Shown: positions 11,881 through 23,618 of the stretch, one piece after another
How the letters are laid out: the number at the start of each line of letters is the position of its first letter
Numbering within the stretch: the first letter of the stretch is position 1
DNA from: Haliotis cracherodii
Taxonomy: Eukaryota
Reading direction: 5' to 3'
Length of the DNA stretch: 64,000 bases
Assembly: GCF_022045235.1 (NCBI RefSeq)
Contig: NW_027266268.1
Coordinates: forward strand, 17,794,001 to 17,858,000
Notes under the pieces: model-generated
Databases searched by the model: none
Told to the model about the DNA's origin: nothing
Seen by the model: the letters and a program-made list of their open reading frames with translations, nothing else
Program-made: the position numbers and the translations under genes

Positions 11881-12193
11881 CCCGTCACATGAAAAGTGAG
11901 AGAATTTAAAAATGGAAAGCGACAAATTAAAAAGGATGGGTCCCACAGTCACAGATGGTCCAAATGTCTACAATGAGGTAGACCTTCAATGGCCTTCAAT
12001 GAATTTAGAATATTCATGTTCATTACTTCGAAACGTTCGTTAATACGGACATTTGTTAATCTTGGCGTTTTTACTGGGAACCGTGTCGTCCGGATTAATA
12101 AGAACTACATTTCGATAACGCCTAATGTGTCGCCTGCAGGTATGCTCACAACGATACATCACCATTACCAGGTCAATGGCTCAGTGTGCTCCC

Positions 12194-12343
12194 TGGGGCG
12201 GTCGGGTAGCCGAGTGGTTAAAGCGTTCGCTCGTCACGCCGAAGACCCGGGTTCAATTCTCTATATGTGTGAAGCCGATTTCTGATGACCCCCGCCGTGA
12301 TATTGCTTAAAGCGGCGTAAAACCAAACTCACTCACTCACTCA
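12194..12343 (+). mobile_element. SINE family A
   Basis: Similarity to other copies; TSD-like ctcagt(g/a)tgctccc. Confidence 0.85.
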
Positions 12344-12399
12344 GTATGCTCCCCAAATGTCATTCACATCTCTCTGGGGAACATCACACCCCAAAAGGT

Positions 12400-12500
12400 T
12401 AAAAGTCACATTTCCATCTCATTCTAACGGGTATCCATTCACTACCGGGTGAATAGAGGCTTATATCGAACAATGTCACTTGCCTGAGACACCACGTGTA
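12400..12500 (-). mobile_element. Possible CORE-SINE remnant
   Basis: Minus strand gtgtctcaggcaagtgac...ctattcacccggtagtgaatggatacc resembles CORE-type SINE bodies; single copy in the window. Confidence 0.4.
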
Positions 12501-12682
12501 ACCTGTGTTAACACTTTAACCGCTGAGATAAATATGAATATGAATACCACTAAATGCATTATTGTTTCAACTGACTGTATTTCATGGGTACATCTTGTAG
12601 CAGTACTATACTTGTAGCAGTTACTATACTTTTAGTATACATCTACATAATTATACATATGAAATAGTCTACATTATAATGT

Positions 12683-12912
12683 GACCCGTGAAGATCCGGG
12701 GTAGAATTGGTCTTCAGCAACCCATGCTTGTCGTGAAAGGCGACTATCGGGTGGTCAGGCTCGCTGACTTGGTTGATGCATATCATCGTATCTCAAGTGC
12801 GTGGATCGATGCTCGTGATGTCAATCATTGGATTGTGTGGTCCAGACTCGATTATTTACAGACTGCCTTCATAGAGCTGAAATACTGCTGAGTGCAGCGT
12901 TAAACAAAACAA
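12683..12912 (+). mobile_element. SINE-like family B
   Basis: Starts gacccgtgaagatccgggg. Confidence 0.85.
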
Positions 12913-13027
12913 CTTTATGACGTCTTTAAGTGGCATTGAGAAGTTGGTATGATAGAGATAGTTCTATGGATGCGATGACAAGGGATGCAGTTCTATGGAT
13001 ATACAACTTCTTTATTACAATGAATGT

Positions 13028-13111
13028 GACGATTCGGTGTGGACACTAACACCGTTACCAAGCAAGGTGTGACTGGCTTGGCAACGGTGTTAGTAGATTC
13101 ACCGAAACGTC
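13028..13111. repeat. 84-nt inverted repeat (36-bp arms, 12-nt spacer)
   Basis: gacgattcggtg...actaacaccgttaccaagc / gcttggcaacggtgttagt...caccgaaacgtc. Confidence 0.85.
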
Positions 13112-13218
13112 TGATTAGGAATATAACTCATGTAACACACGTATATCTTTATTGTCCACTGTCGTGTGATTCACGATCATGCATGTTTAGGTTGACAGAT
13201 GTACTTCTTAACACTTTG

Positions 13219-13570
13219 CCGCCTCCGTGGTCTTGAGGTAGAGCGTCCGCCCGAAGAGCGGAAGGTCCGGGGTTCGATCCCAGGCCGCGTCATACCAAAA
13301 GACGTTAAAAGATGGTACTTGTTGTTACCCTGTCTGGCGCTCGGCATTAAGGGGCTAAAACAAGGACTGGTCGGCTAGGAGTCGGTATACTGTGTCTAAG
13401 TGGGGTATTCATGTTAAACTGCGGCATGGTATCTCAGTGAGCTAGCACTATTAATAGGCATCAGTCCGGACTAGTACAAGCAGCCACACAAACACACACA
13501 CGTACATGCACGTCGCTATATAAGTGCAATAATCTTGGACGCGACGTTAAACCCCATTTCACCTCACCCA
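13219..13570 (+). mobile_element. SINE family D (tRNA head, Meta/RUDI-like body, ~350 bp)
   Basis: A/B boxes followed by gtcataccaaaagacgttaaaagatggtacttg...ggcgctcggcattaagg, which resembles the molluscan Meta domain as I recall it. Confidence 0.85.
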
Positions 13571-13785
13571 TTACCGACATCGACAGCCTATTGTATTGGT
13601 TTCTATTACGCGACTATGCGAGATCGCGAGAATGTCCTTTACAGTATTCCATAATTACCAGATACATCATTGTAAGTTTTATTTCAAATTGTGAATGTGA
13701 CATCCCGGACAATTTTGCCATTAGCTGAGTGATAGAACTACGAGAACATGGAACATAAAAATCACGGTGAGAACCGTTGACTTGC

Positions 13786-13907
13786 GCCAGACAGGGTAAC
13801 AACAAGTACCATCTTTTAACGTCTTTTGGTATGACGCGGTCGGGGATCGAACCCCGGACCTTCCGCTCTCCGGGCGGACGCTCTACCACTAGACCACGGA
13901 GGCGGTC
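13786..13907 (-). mobile_element. SINE family D, 5' part
   Basis: Reverse complement of the family D head. Confidence 0.82.
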
Positions 13908-14049
13908 TATGTCGGTAATGAGTGTGTTGTGTGTGAAAGTGTATCACTTATATCAGTTCCATTTGTTTGTTGCTTAACGCCGAACTCAGCACTATCATAG
14001 CTATATGACAGCGGTCCACCCAGTCAAGATGTACATGTGTTTTATATTA

Positions 14050-14250
14050 AAAGCCCGATGTGAAGCAGGGCGTAGACGTTTACGCTTCGGCGAAACTAAT
14101 GAGAAGAACATGGTGCTAACTAATCTAGAAACATAATCAGGGCAAATTTTAGATTTGCACCCACGACCATAGGTCTCTTGCACGCCTAAGGCCAAAGGGA
14201 CGCAACTCTGCACAGCGAATTGCGGCGCCTTGGACGACTGGGTCGCCCGT
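14050..14250 (-). mobile_element. SINE family C, diverged
   Basis: Similarity to the 48323 and 61275 copies. Confidence 0.75.
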
Positions 14251-14505
14251 TTCCCATGACGTATATTCGTAAACGACCATGGCACCGGAGTTAACCATTT
14301 TGGAAAACACCAATTAGTACGGATAAAAATGTCACATGCCACTGACCACTATCGGGGAGAATCCTAGATTCGAACCTGATGCTGGTAAGGGAGGTAAATC
14401 TGCACTCCAAACCACAACTAAATGTAAACTGAGGATAACTCTAAGATGGTTTGTCAACCACATACACTTTTTTATATGCATCCCTCGATTTTTAATTAAC
14501 AGTGC

Positions 14506-14770
14506 ACCCGTGAAGATCCGAGGTAGAATAGGTCTTCAGCAACCCATGCTTGCCGTAAAAGGAGACTATGCTTGTCGTAAGAGGCGACTAACAGGATCGG
14601 GTGGTCAGGCTCGCCGACTTGGTTGATGCATGTCATTGATCCCAATTGCGTGGATCGATGCTCATGATATCACTCACTGGGTTGTCTGGTCCAGACTCGA
14701 TTATTTACATACCGCCGTCATATAGCTGGAATACTGCTGAGTGCGGCGTTAAACAACAAACCAACACACC
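14506..14770 (+). mobile_element. SINE-like family B
   Basis: Full length, with a duplicated atgcttgYcgtaaRagg(a/c)gact module. Confidence 0.87.
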
Positions 14771-16562
14771 TAATTAACACTCGCTTCAAAAACAAACACA
14801 AAACACAAAGCAAACACTTCTTTTTCAGACTGTTTTTTATTTCTGTTGTATAAACAAATTGGTGTAAAATAGAATTGTGTCCATAACGAAGGAGTATGCG
14901 TATATACAACAACATGGGATGTTGAAAATATAAATTTCTCTATGTGGAAACATGTACAGCGATAATGACTCGATGTGCAAGTGAACGGGTCATAAACACG
15001 ATATAAACATGCTGATTGCTTGTCACATATCACGCTTAATTAACACCGTTTGTCGACACAAAGTGAAATATACATGTGATGGACAGCTCGGCCACTTAAG
15101 CATAGCATGCTACAACAAATCATTTTGTACAATATGTTATTATGTTCTTTAGATGAGCGTTATTGCACCATTTGTATATGAATTTCTATATAATATTTGT
15201 TAAACTTTTCAATTTATAAATCCACTGATTTGAGCACCCGTAGTGGGATTATATGATACAGTACCTAGACTATGCAGGAATGTCAAACTTAACTGTTACA
15301 TATATCTAAATATTCCATTTCCACATATGAAACATTATATGAACATGATCGAATTGTTTGAAAATATAAATTTAATTTGAAAAAGTGATTGATAAAGAAA
15401 ATATAAAAACGTCCCGTAATTTGTTATTTACAATGATAAGAACTCGAGCATCTTCATCAATATATTCCAAGCAAATATAACACGAATACCATTTGATACT
15501 ATCAGCAACAGGGTACCTCCCTTAATCTGTGTAGTAACAGTTTAGATCATCAGCACGTTAATCATCCTTGTTTTGTGTAGACTGTCTCAACATAAACACA
15601 TATATGTACGATGTCAAATACACTGCGGGCATAATGACTAGAATACACTCTCACAGTTAGGAAAAACACGTACACAGAAGCACGGAGCGTTGATTACAGA
15701 TCCCACTTTAAACAAGGTGTGATCGAGTAGGCTTGGAAATGTTTTTTTTTCAACGAAATCAGATAATGGTTACGGAGACAACGATTGGTTATAGTCAACA
15801 TATATATAAATTTTCCATGTTTTTTATTATGTCCTTAGAGAAAGATTGGGTGAACCTTGTGTTGGCTTGAGATCAGCATTTATTTTAATGTTTTGGACTT
15901 TAATTATCCTTTTCCGACATGAACAAGTGATTAATTAATATTTTTTGTATAAATATCAATAACGAGCTGGATCCTTTGGACACTAATACAGTGTGCAAAA
16001 AATAAATTCGTACTAGGCATTTAGTTTCTTTTTTTCAGTAAGACAGAAGCTTGGTTATTTGATTTAGAAAAAATATATTACAAAATAATACTATGAATTA
16101 AATGAACACTTTCAGGAATATCTGTCGGAGGAAAACAAAATATAAATGTATTATAAGGGTGAGGATTAAGGCCAAGGACTTCTTTAATAGCCCTACGGAT
16201 TTATTGCAATACTTATAATTGAAATTTGTTTAGACTGTTCTGAATATGAAATAGTCGGGGCTCTACAACTATGCAGTTGGGTAGCGACATAGAAATGTAT
16301 ATAAACACGTGGGTTTTGTTACAGTGACATTTGACAAGCAGACCTCGTACTTAAAAATCTGTCCTTCAGATCGATACGTTAGGTGTCTGAGTGATTAGAG
16401 ATTGAGTTTTGTCGCTTAATGATGGTGTAGGACACACCAAGAATGGACTTTAGAGATTGCATATATGCTTGGAATGAACACGGACACGTTAGGTTTATAA
16501 CGAACCTAGTCGTCTTGAACAGCACCTTTTGGACCGCTCGAGACTGTTCTCTTTAAGAGTAG

Positions 16563-16912
16563 ACCGCCTCCGTGGTCTAGTGGTAGAGCGTCCGCCCGGA
16601 GAGCGGAAGGTCCGGGGTTCGATCTCCGATCGCGTCATACCAAAAGACGTTAAAAGATGGTACTTGTTGTTACCCTGTCTGGCGCTCGGCATTAAGGGGC
16701 TAAAACATGGACTGGTCGGCTCGGAGTCACTGTGTCTTAGTGGGGTATTCATGTTAAACTGCGGCATGGTATCTCAGTGAGCTAGCACTATTAATCGGCA
16801 TCAGTCCGGACTAGTACAAGCAGCCACACAAACACACACACGTACATGCACGTCGCTGTATAAGTGCAATAATCTTGGACGCGACGTTAAACCCCATTTC
16901 ACCTCACTTCAC
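16563..16912 (+). mobile_element. SINE family D, full length
   Basis: TSD tctctttaaga. Confidence 0.88.
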
Positions 16913-16925
16913 CTCTCTTTAAGAA

Positions 16926-17197
16926 GTGAATGAGTGAGTTGGGTTAAGCGCCGCTTTTAACATCATTCCAGGTATATCAAGGCGTATCAGCTTAATTTTC
17001 GAATGAAGCTCTAAATGATGCACATCTCACATGTTTACCCCTTCAGTGAAACCCAAGAGCACGGATATGGTGCTGATAAACCTAGAAACACAATCGAACC
17101 GAGATTCGAAACACAATCATCGGTTTCTGGCGTGTCCAAGGGACGCAACTCTGCACATCGAATTACGCCGACTTCGACGACTGTCTCTCCCGTGCCA
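16926..17197 (-). mobile_element. SINE family C, diverged
   Basis: Similarity to other copies; (GAGT)n tail at the left end. Confidence 0.75.
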
Positions 17198-18810
17198 CAT
17201 GTCCTTTTAAAAAAATATTCCAAAGTAAGAATCGTACATTGGACTCTGCTTTTAGGGGATATTTCATATCATTATAAAAAGGGTTCTGTCGCTTTTATTA
17301 TTAAGTGATTCCAGTGAATGCTAGTTCACATTTAAATATCATACTGTGGAAACAAACGTGAGAGATTTTGATTTATAGCTAAAGTTTTGCTTGTTTCACG
17401 AACTAACACAAAAACAAATAATGTTGCATTAGCAATTATTGAAACACAGAGTAGCCTTGTCACAACGCATACGTTCAACAAACACAGTGTGCTTTGAGCT
17501 AAAGTCTTATTCAAATTGGAAACGCTGTCGTTTAAATTCACCACAGACCCTTCACAAACACAAAAAACAAGAGCAATGTGAGAAACGATATCCCAATGTC
17601 ATTGGTACATTTCACAAGTGTCAAATCATAATAATGATATAATAAGTATGGTAAAAGTGTCGCCAAAATCCCAAACATCAGCATTTTCTTTTACACCAAG
17701 TGCGTGAGTGAGTGAGTTGGTTTAAAATCAGCTTTGAAAAGTATTCCAGTCATATAACGGCGTGTCAGCTTTGTGAGGGACGAAAGCCCGAAGTGATGCA
17801 GGTCTTTGACGATTATCATATTGAGAGCCCAAGCCTGGATGTGATGCTGACAAACCTAAAAACCTAATCATGGCAAACCGGGCTTCGAATCCACGATCAT
17901 TGCCAAGGGACATAACTCGACCACGATCATTTGCCAAGGGACATAACTCGACCACTTACGACGTCTTAGTCGACCCATCCCCACCAACCCTGCCCCTCCC
18001 TATCCCCCGTTGGAGAAAAGTTTAAAGATAAAAGACGCCGATTAAAGACTTTAACCACTTCGGTGTAGCCTGCATACATCGGGATGGAAACAATAATCAT
18101 CGGATCCAGGTACGGCTAGGGGACGCAATGCGCCATGGACAACTGGGCCATGAGAGCCACCCCTGTCTTTTGATTCCCAAAGATCAGATATGTAACAGAA
18201 CAAATGGACATCACAAAACGTATAACATTTCAACAAACTAGCATGTCCATAAGTCGACCAGAACTGGTGCCTGAGTGATACTACAGGACATTGATTGTAA
18301 TACACGTTATGACAATTATTGGAGGACAAACATGGACTCATAAAAAGGTTCACATGCTATAGCCGTTTAACAGAGCAAGAAACCTGTATGTTTTAACTCA
18401 CCATATAAAACAGTCGTAACAAATTTATGTCGTCCTCAAATTCCCTGAAACCTGACATACCTTGATGTGAACGTGAAGACTCACGTCCCCCAGGCCAAAC
18501 AAAACGTCATAGATTTGCACTGAGAATGTCGTGTGCCGGTACAAGAAAACAAAATTATCTGACAGTCAGCACACATTTAAGAAACATGCTTGACGTTTTT
18601 GGTGACTGTTTGTGTTTAGATATCATACTTATATATAAAAACATATTCATAACACTATTAAACATTTTATCAGAATATTAAACATACATACACAGGGTCT
18701 TTAAAACAGATAACAGGTAGTTAACTATGATTTATTATCCTTAATGGCCTAAACGAGAATAAATCAGCAGTATAATGATGTATAACATTCACCTTCAGTA
18801 CATCTCCACT

Positions 18811-19004
18811 ATATTATGATAAATACCATGGACCCGCTAGCTGCCTTTGTTTTTTGGAAATGACGTCAACATCAAGTTTCCCTTACAATTCTCTCGCCCA
18901 TGATTTTAATTTGAAAACAGGACAGCTATTTTTTGCGTCGTTTCCTTTTATACGTCACAACGAATCCGTGTTTGCGTACGTGTCCATGGTATTTATTATA
19001 CTAT
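18811..19004. mobile_element. MITE-like element
   Basis: TIR tat(g/a)ataaataccatggac at both ends. Confidence 0.6.
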
Positions 19005-19394
19005 CATGATGAAATAATACACCTGATAACCTAATACTTGTAATTTCATTCAGATCTCTCAAAGATGAATAATTTTGGAGGGTTCACGTCCTTATCAACG
19101 TGACCCGACTTTCATCTTTATAAATAGACATTCACAGGTGGAGTTGTGAGGACGAACAGGAACAATCATCAATACTGAACCGTTGATCCGCCAGTACGTT
19201 GTGATTGACTAGAAACACACGTCATATAAACATACCAGCTGAAATGAGACATAATTATATTCATTCGTTCTAATTTTGCCCCTAGCCGCTACACGCAGTG
19301 ATCCTTTCCAGGGTATATTGGTTGGTAAAAAAATATAGGTTTCAAGGAGACATAACGTATATGCAGGGAGTCAGAATATATATAAAAAATCAAA

Positions 19395-19690
19395 ATGTAG
19401 ATTGCAGGCTGTAAAATGTAGGGAGGCTGTAAAATTCGGGGAGAAAATTGTAGATTTCAGGGCGTACGATGTAGATTTCATAGAGTAAAATGTAGATTTC
19501 AGGGCGAACGATGTAGATTTCATTGAGTAAAATGTAGATTTCAGGGCGAACGATATAGATTATATTGAGTAACATGTACATTTCAGGGCGTCCGATGTAC
19601 ATTTCATAGAGTACAATGTAGAATTCAGAATTCAAATGTTGATTTCAGTGAGTAACATGTAGATCATAGATTGCAAAATGTAGATTTGTG
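19395..19690. repeat. 21/42-bp minisatellite (atgtagatttca core)
   Basis: tgtagatttcagggcg recurs at 19449, 19491 and 19533. Confidence 0.85.
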
Positions 19691-20721
19691 GGAGTCATTC
19701 AGAACTTACAGAACAACACTGTCCGCGTTAACTGAAGTAAAACAAACGTTCATCTCGCCGCCACCAAAAATACTTTGAGTGCTAAACAACCACACTTTGT
19801 ACAGAGGCTAACAACTGACCTGTCAACAACAAAAGAAAGAAACATCATGTGACTTCTGACGGGTTGGAGTATAATTAAATATATATACGTCTGTTAAATA
19901 AGAAGATACCAAAGAAGCAATTCAAAGCAATTGATATCTAAGATAGTTAAGTTATACATTGTAACATGACCTCGAAAGAAGTGGTAATAGAAGATGTGTC
20001 TGTAGTGGTAACAGTAGTAGCAGTGGTAGTGGTAGTGGTAGTGGTAGTATATCATCACCAAAGGATTAGAACTTATACATCCTGAAACATCAAACGCATG
20101 CTGGAAACGAATAATTTTAAAATATAGCCATTTGTACAATGTATTTAAATAACTGAAATCAAAGAAATACTGGTGTAACGTTTCAGGCGTCATCAGATAA
20201 TTACTATTGTGAACAGAGACGGATTATGTCATTATTATAATGCCAGAAATATTTTTTCTTTGATGATTAATTGTGGAAAATTATTAGATACACACTGTTT
20301 TCTTGGAGAAATTCGTCAAGATTTCTTCCCCACAAGATCGTAGATACGTGTTCATTTCAATCCATTGTAGAAACGGTACATGTTTTGTTATTTTCATACA
20401 ATGTCTTTTTGACAGATACTGATCGTTGGATGGGCACAGGACCAACGTGAAATAATGTCTTTGCCCTCAGAGTCAAACATAGAAGTATCCACACATCTTT
20501 CGCCTTAAAACAGAACACACAAATACTCGTTATTCCGGACGATACCTTTCTCTCTGAAATCGTCCAGATGAACACATTGTAGGCTTGGCTAATCCTGGGT
20601 ACCTAGTAACATTTAAGTGTATATATTTAGACGCTTGTCCGTTTGGCGGTTTCTGGACAAAGGGAGTCTGGAGTAACTGATTTGGATTTCCATAGTTTCA
20701 ATTTAGCCACCTCTGGTCCTG

Positions 20722-20828
20722 GGCCCACTTGCACAAAGCGATCTTAGTGCTACGACTATTGTAAGCCTATGTTAAAGTATGGGAGTTACGATGATCTTAG
20801 CGCTAAGATCGCTTTGTGCAAGCGGGCC
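20722..20828. mobile_element. PIF/Harbinger-like MITE
   Basis: TIRs of ~30 bp (GGCCC(A/G)CTTGCACAAAGCGATCTTAG) flanked by a 3-bp CTG TSD. Confidence 0.8.
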
Positions 20829-21723
20829 CTGGTCATCGTTAACAAATGGTGTTATCCTGATTCCGCTGATATGCCCATTTGACTCCGGATCATCTCGAGT
20901 TGTAGACGATGGTACCAGATTTCACATCCATACGACAAACTCTCACATCAGCAACACTCCGTTCATGTACAGCAGACATCACACACCTGTAGCCGGTCTC
21001 GGGTCGTGGACATTTCTCTGTCTGAACGAGCAGATGCAATGCCATGTTGAAAGGTCTTTGCCGTTCTCCATGCCAACTCATTGCCATGTCTCAGAGAAGC
21101 CATCAATCGTACAATCGACTCTGCTTTATGCAGGGATTTCTATTGGATATAGAAAGGGTTTTGTCGCTATATTTCTATATTTCTCTGTGTCTAACCTCAG
21201 AGTGGCACATCTCATACATGTTGTTTTTATTTTGTGCTTAACCTCAGAAAAGCACATCTCTACGCTTCAAATCATTGCCTTGCTCCTGAGAACCAATTTC
21301 ATACCCAATCAATATCTTGCTCCACAGATGTTCATTCCACACGCTTCAAATATTTGCATTGCTTTCGCTTGACCCATCTATATCCGTGTAAGAACAGTGA
21401 CGGTTCTGAATCCAGAATCACAACGTGTGAGGTCAGCATATGAAACGAAGAAGATGAGAATGAACCGTTTCTCATAATAAATCCCCAAATTGCACTTCCC
21501 TTACCGCACCAGCTTCTTTCACAGATACTTTTAACATATGCCATGTACACACTTTTACATTGTCCTGGTCTGTGAAAAAAACAGCATACGTTTCTGACAG
21601 GACTCTGTACATTTCAAATGACATCGTGTACATTTCACATTTGGGTTGTACATGTCCATTCCGGGTATCACCAGTTGCCTGGTACTCCCATGTCTATATG
21701 CATGACGTGACGTCGATGTACTC

Positions 21724-21864
21724 TCACAGCAGGTCGGTTTCAGGCTCGGAATAGTCCACTGACGTGTGGGCACAGGCAAAGGGACTTGAAGGAGGGCTGA
21801 ATTCGCTGGCCCGAAGGATGGTGATACCAGAGTCCGAGCTGGACGAGTCATGTCGATCCTTCTC
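21724..21864 (-). CDS. GARNL3: GARNL3 terminal coding exon: [46 protein letters not shown]
   Basis: ctctctgtgcag acceptor, phase 0, TGA at 21724-21726; the SSPF...DL ending resembles the vertebrate C-terminus. Confidence 0.8.
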   Translation of the reverse strand, partial: EKDRHDSSSSDSGITILRASEFSPPSSPFACAHTSVDYSEPETDLL

Positions 21865-23564
21865 CTGCACAGAGAGATAAGCATGCTGCACTTCAATATT
21901 GCATCATGTCTTCGCATTATTACAACAGAAGATTCTAAACATGTTATAAATCAAAAGTCGATAATTCAAAACCGTGTTATTACAATGAGGGAAACAGATT
22001 TCAAATTCTTTTTATTACAAGGGGAGAGATATACTTGAATATCATGTTATTACACTGGGATATATGCATTTTAAAACTTTGAAAATAAAATTTTAAAATA
22101 TTGTTATTAGAATTGGATAGATATATTTCAAAACCGTGTTGTGACAATGGGAGAGGCTTTCTATTTAAACATTCTGTGATTTGAATGGGAGATATTCTTG
22201 ATGCAATGGGAGAGTGATAGTTGAAAACCTATTTCCTACAAATGAAGAAAATATTTACGGTGGGTGATTATGGTTTTACGCCGCTCCTAACAATATTCCA
22301 GCAATATCAAGGCGGGGGACGCCGGAAATGGCCTTCACACATCCCCACCCGGGTCCTCGGGGTGAGCGCGAACGCTTTGACCACTAGCCTAACCCACCTC
22401 CCCTTATTGTTAATAAGTTAAAACACATTTCAAAATATTGTTGATACAATGAAAGAAACATATTTTAATGTGTTGTTATTATAACTTAAGAAATACATCC
22501 GTTTGGAAGAAATTTCTTCATTTCGGATTCTACAGTATCAAGCTTCGGGCAAGCAAACCAGTGGTTAATATCATGAGCAATATCCTAATTCGTCGTGGTA
22601 CGATGATACGCAATAGGCCTGGCCACCTGACGTAAGACGTGCATTGGTTAAGGGGAAACCAACACCAGAGTCGAATTTTGAATCACGTATGTTTCTTTTG
22701 TCAGTATTCCATTATTTCACAAATAGACTACACCGTCAATATTTTCTTCCTTTTAAGAGAAAGGATCCGCCGACTTCAAAAATGAAAAAGTTATGTCCCT
22801 TGTATCGATACACGAACATTACTGAATTACCTCCCTTAGCCTTCTGAGGTAAGTAAACATTAAGCACACTTATAGCTTTCGAAAAACAACCTATGTTGAC
22901 GCTTATATCGTACTTCCAACTCCCCCAACTTCTTATTTCGAAAAAATATCAATGATCAAGCGAGTAAAAAACTAACGGCCTTTGAGGTTACAAACGGCCT
23001 CCGTGGTCGGAAGAGCGGGAGGTTGGTTGTTCGATTCCCGGTTGCCTCATACCTAAAGGCCACAAAAGATGGTACTTGTTGTTACATTGCCTGGCGCTCA
23101 ATATTAAGAGTAAAACAAGGATTGGTCGAGTCGGAATCAGTATACTGTGTCTGTGTTTAACTGCGGCATGCTCAGTGGGCTAGCACCCACAAAAACACAC
23201 ACACGGGCGTCGCTATGTAAGTGCAATAATCTTGAACGCGATGTTAAACCCCATTTAATCCCATCTTTAAGATTATGGATTGTTAGTTTCGACGTTCACT
23301 AGAAAGCACTATTGTTATTTAACTGGATTCATTGAGTGAGTGAGTGAGTTGGGTTTCACGCCGCTTATAACAGTATTCCAGTTATATCACAGCCTGTCAG
23401 TTTAATGTGGGAGGAAAGCCCGAAGTGATGCAGGTATCAGGCGTAGAATCAATGAAACTAACAAGATATATTATATTATGAATGAATTCTCTTAATACAA
23501 TGTCCGGAATAGAAGGAATCCAAGATCTTAATAATAATAATAATAATGATAATAATAATAATAA

Positions 23565-23618
<54 letters not shown>

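Noticed and set aside
20165-20200. Minimal hammerhead CTGATGA-cgcct-GAAA-cgtta on the minus strand
   Set aside because: No stem I or stem II pairing
20779-21372. 197 aa plus-strand ORF
   Set aside because: Starts in a MITE, has no recognisable protein features, and is antisense to the probable 3' UTR
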